Assembly (NCBI GenBank): GCA_030704615.1
Contig: CM060734.1
Location: forward strand, 10,788,001 to 10,852,000
Reading direction: 5' to 3'
DNA: 64,000 nt
Source of the DNA: Takakia lepidozioides
Taxonomy: Eukaryota; Plantae; Bryophyta
The notes below the pieces were generated by a model. That model worked only from the letters and a program-made list of their open reading frames with translations. It made no database searches and was not told where the DNA came from. The first letter of the stretch is position 1, and each line of letters starts with the position of its first letter. The position numbers were made by a program, and so were the translations under genes. Below, in pieces: positions 62,901 through 64,000 of this stretch.

Positions 62901-64000
62901 CTTCCACGAATGAGAAACGGACAACGTCCGTCGGACGGACAGACTGGCGGATGTTTTTCATCTTGAGAAGGATGGATGACGGGTCAGGCAGGGGAAAACC
63001 CTGCGCAACCCTGCCTTTCTTTTTGCGCTGCGAGAGCGCGCGCGATGGCGGCTTGTGAGGAGCGATGGTGCTCGTGCTACAGATACCTTGAGCTACCAAT
63101 TGTTGAGTGTTTATGGCTCCTGTGAGCGACGCCTGGGCGAGCTCTTTAAGGCGATGGCGGTGGCTTAGTGATGAGGGAAGATTCCCTGTCTCAGTTGTCT
63201 GTTTTTTTGCTCCACAAGGGAACCGCGGCAGTGATGGCGAAGGCACCACCTGCATGCCTAGGACGTTTCCCTAGCATCCCTCCTCTGGATCTTTGATGAA
63301 TGTCGGCACAAAGAAGTTTCTCTCCTCCCTTTATAAACCCTACCTTTTGAAACCAAGCTTTTTTTTTCTTGTGCTTGGCAAGATCTGCTTTGGTTAAGGT
63401 AGCAGTGCTGTGGTGCTGGCGGAGTCCTCCCTGCACGGTTAGGCTTGTGGAGAGATGGTGACTCTCCCCCAAACAGTAAAAAAGGTTTTTTTTTCTGTTG
63501 ATTTTGCTTCTTTGTTTCCTTTGGCATTCTCTGCGCTTAGATTGAAGTGTATTGGACCTCGATAGCAAGTGTGGAAGCCTGCTACTCACCTCGTGCATCC
63601 TCACTAACTCACAATGCGTTGTGGTTGTTTTTGGGACGGGCACAGGTGAGGGCTTCCACTTAATATTCTGATGTCTAAGTGCTGCTGGATGCCAAGTGGG
63701 ATTGCAGAGCAGGGGAAGGAATCGTTTGCCAGGGACTCATCCTAAAATGTTGAAAAACTAAACTACTCTATGGTTTTTCTTGATCCTGCCTCTTTCCTTC
63801 CTTGATTTTTGAAGAACAAGTGTAATGCTTTCTACGGTGGGCTAGTTCGGCCCAGCCAGTGGAAAGACTCTGTTATGATGTGACAGTCGAGTTTAGGATG
63901 GCTTGTGTGAGAGACACACATCTGTTTTCCAGGCCCTAGTTTGTTTTGCTTACCTTATGGTAGTTGGAACAAATTGAGAGGCTGCAAGGAACTGTTTGCT

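Overview
Repeat-rich eukaryotic nuclear DNA, most likely from a non-seed land plant; moss-like PPR fragments and GT-AG introns support this, but the taxon is an inference. The only clear host gene is the 5' part of BIG/UBR4 on the minus strand (about 1-11,950), whose ~8.3-kb second coding intron is filled with LINEs. The rest is nested, mostly decayed transposons: chromovirus Ty3/Gypsy halves, several CACTA ends, captured PPR, SEC13 and Kelch fragments, and two unrelated transposon-borne DNA methyltransferase systems. The first and strongest candidate for an undescribed system is a >11-kb Mutator-like element (about 22,484-33,500). It has a zinc-finger DDE transposase on the plus strand and a divergent, multi-intron cargo gene on the minus strand. 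After manual splicing, the cargo gene encodes a ParB/sulfiredoxin-like domain plus a bacterial-type beta-class N4C/N6A methyltransferase fold. Between the two genes lies an array of 53-bp units, each built around a 30-bp palindrome, and a distant homologue of the cargo gene lies at about 53.2-54.0 kb. The second is a decayed Gypsy (about 54.0-59.7 kb) with a C5-cytosine methyltransferase inside pol and a C-terminal PHD finger; most of its methyltransferase is flipped by an internal inversion. All protein assignments come from reading motifs by eye; no searches were run.
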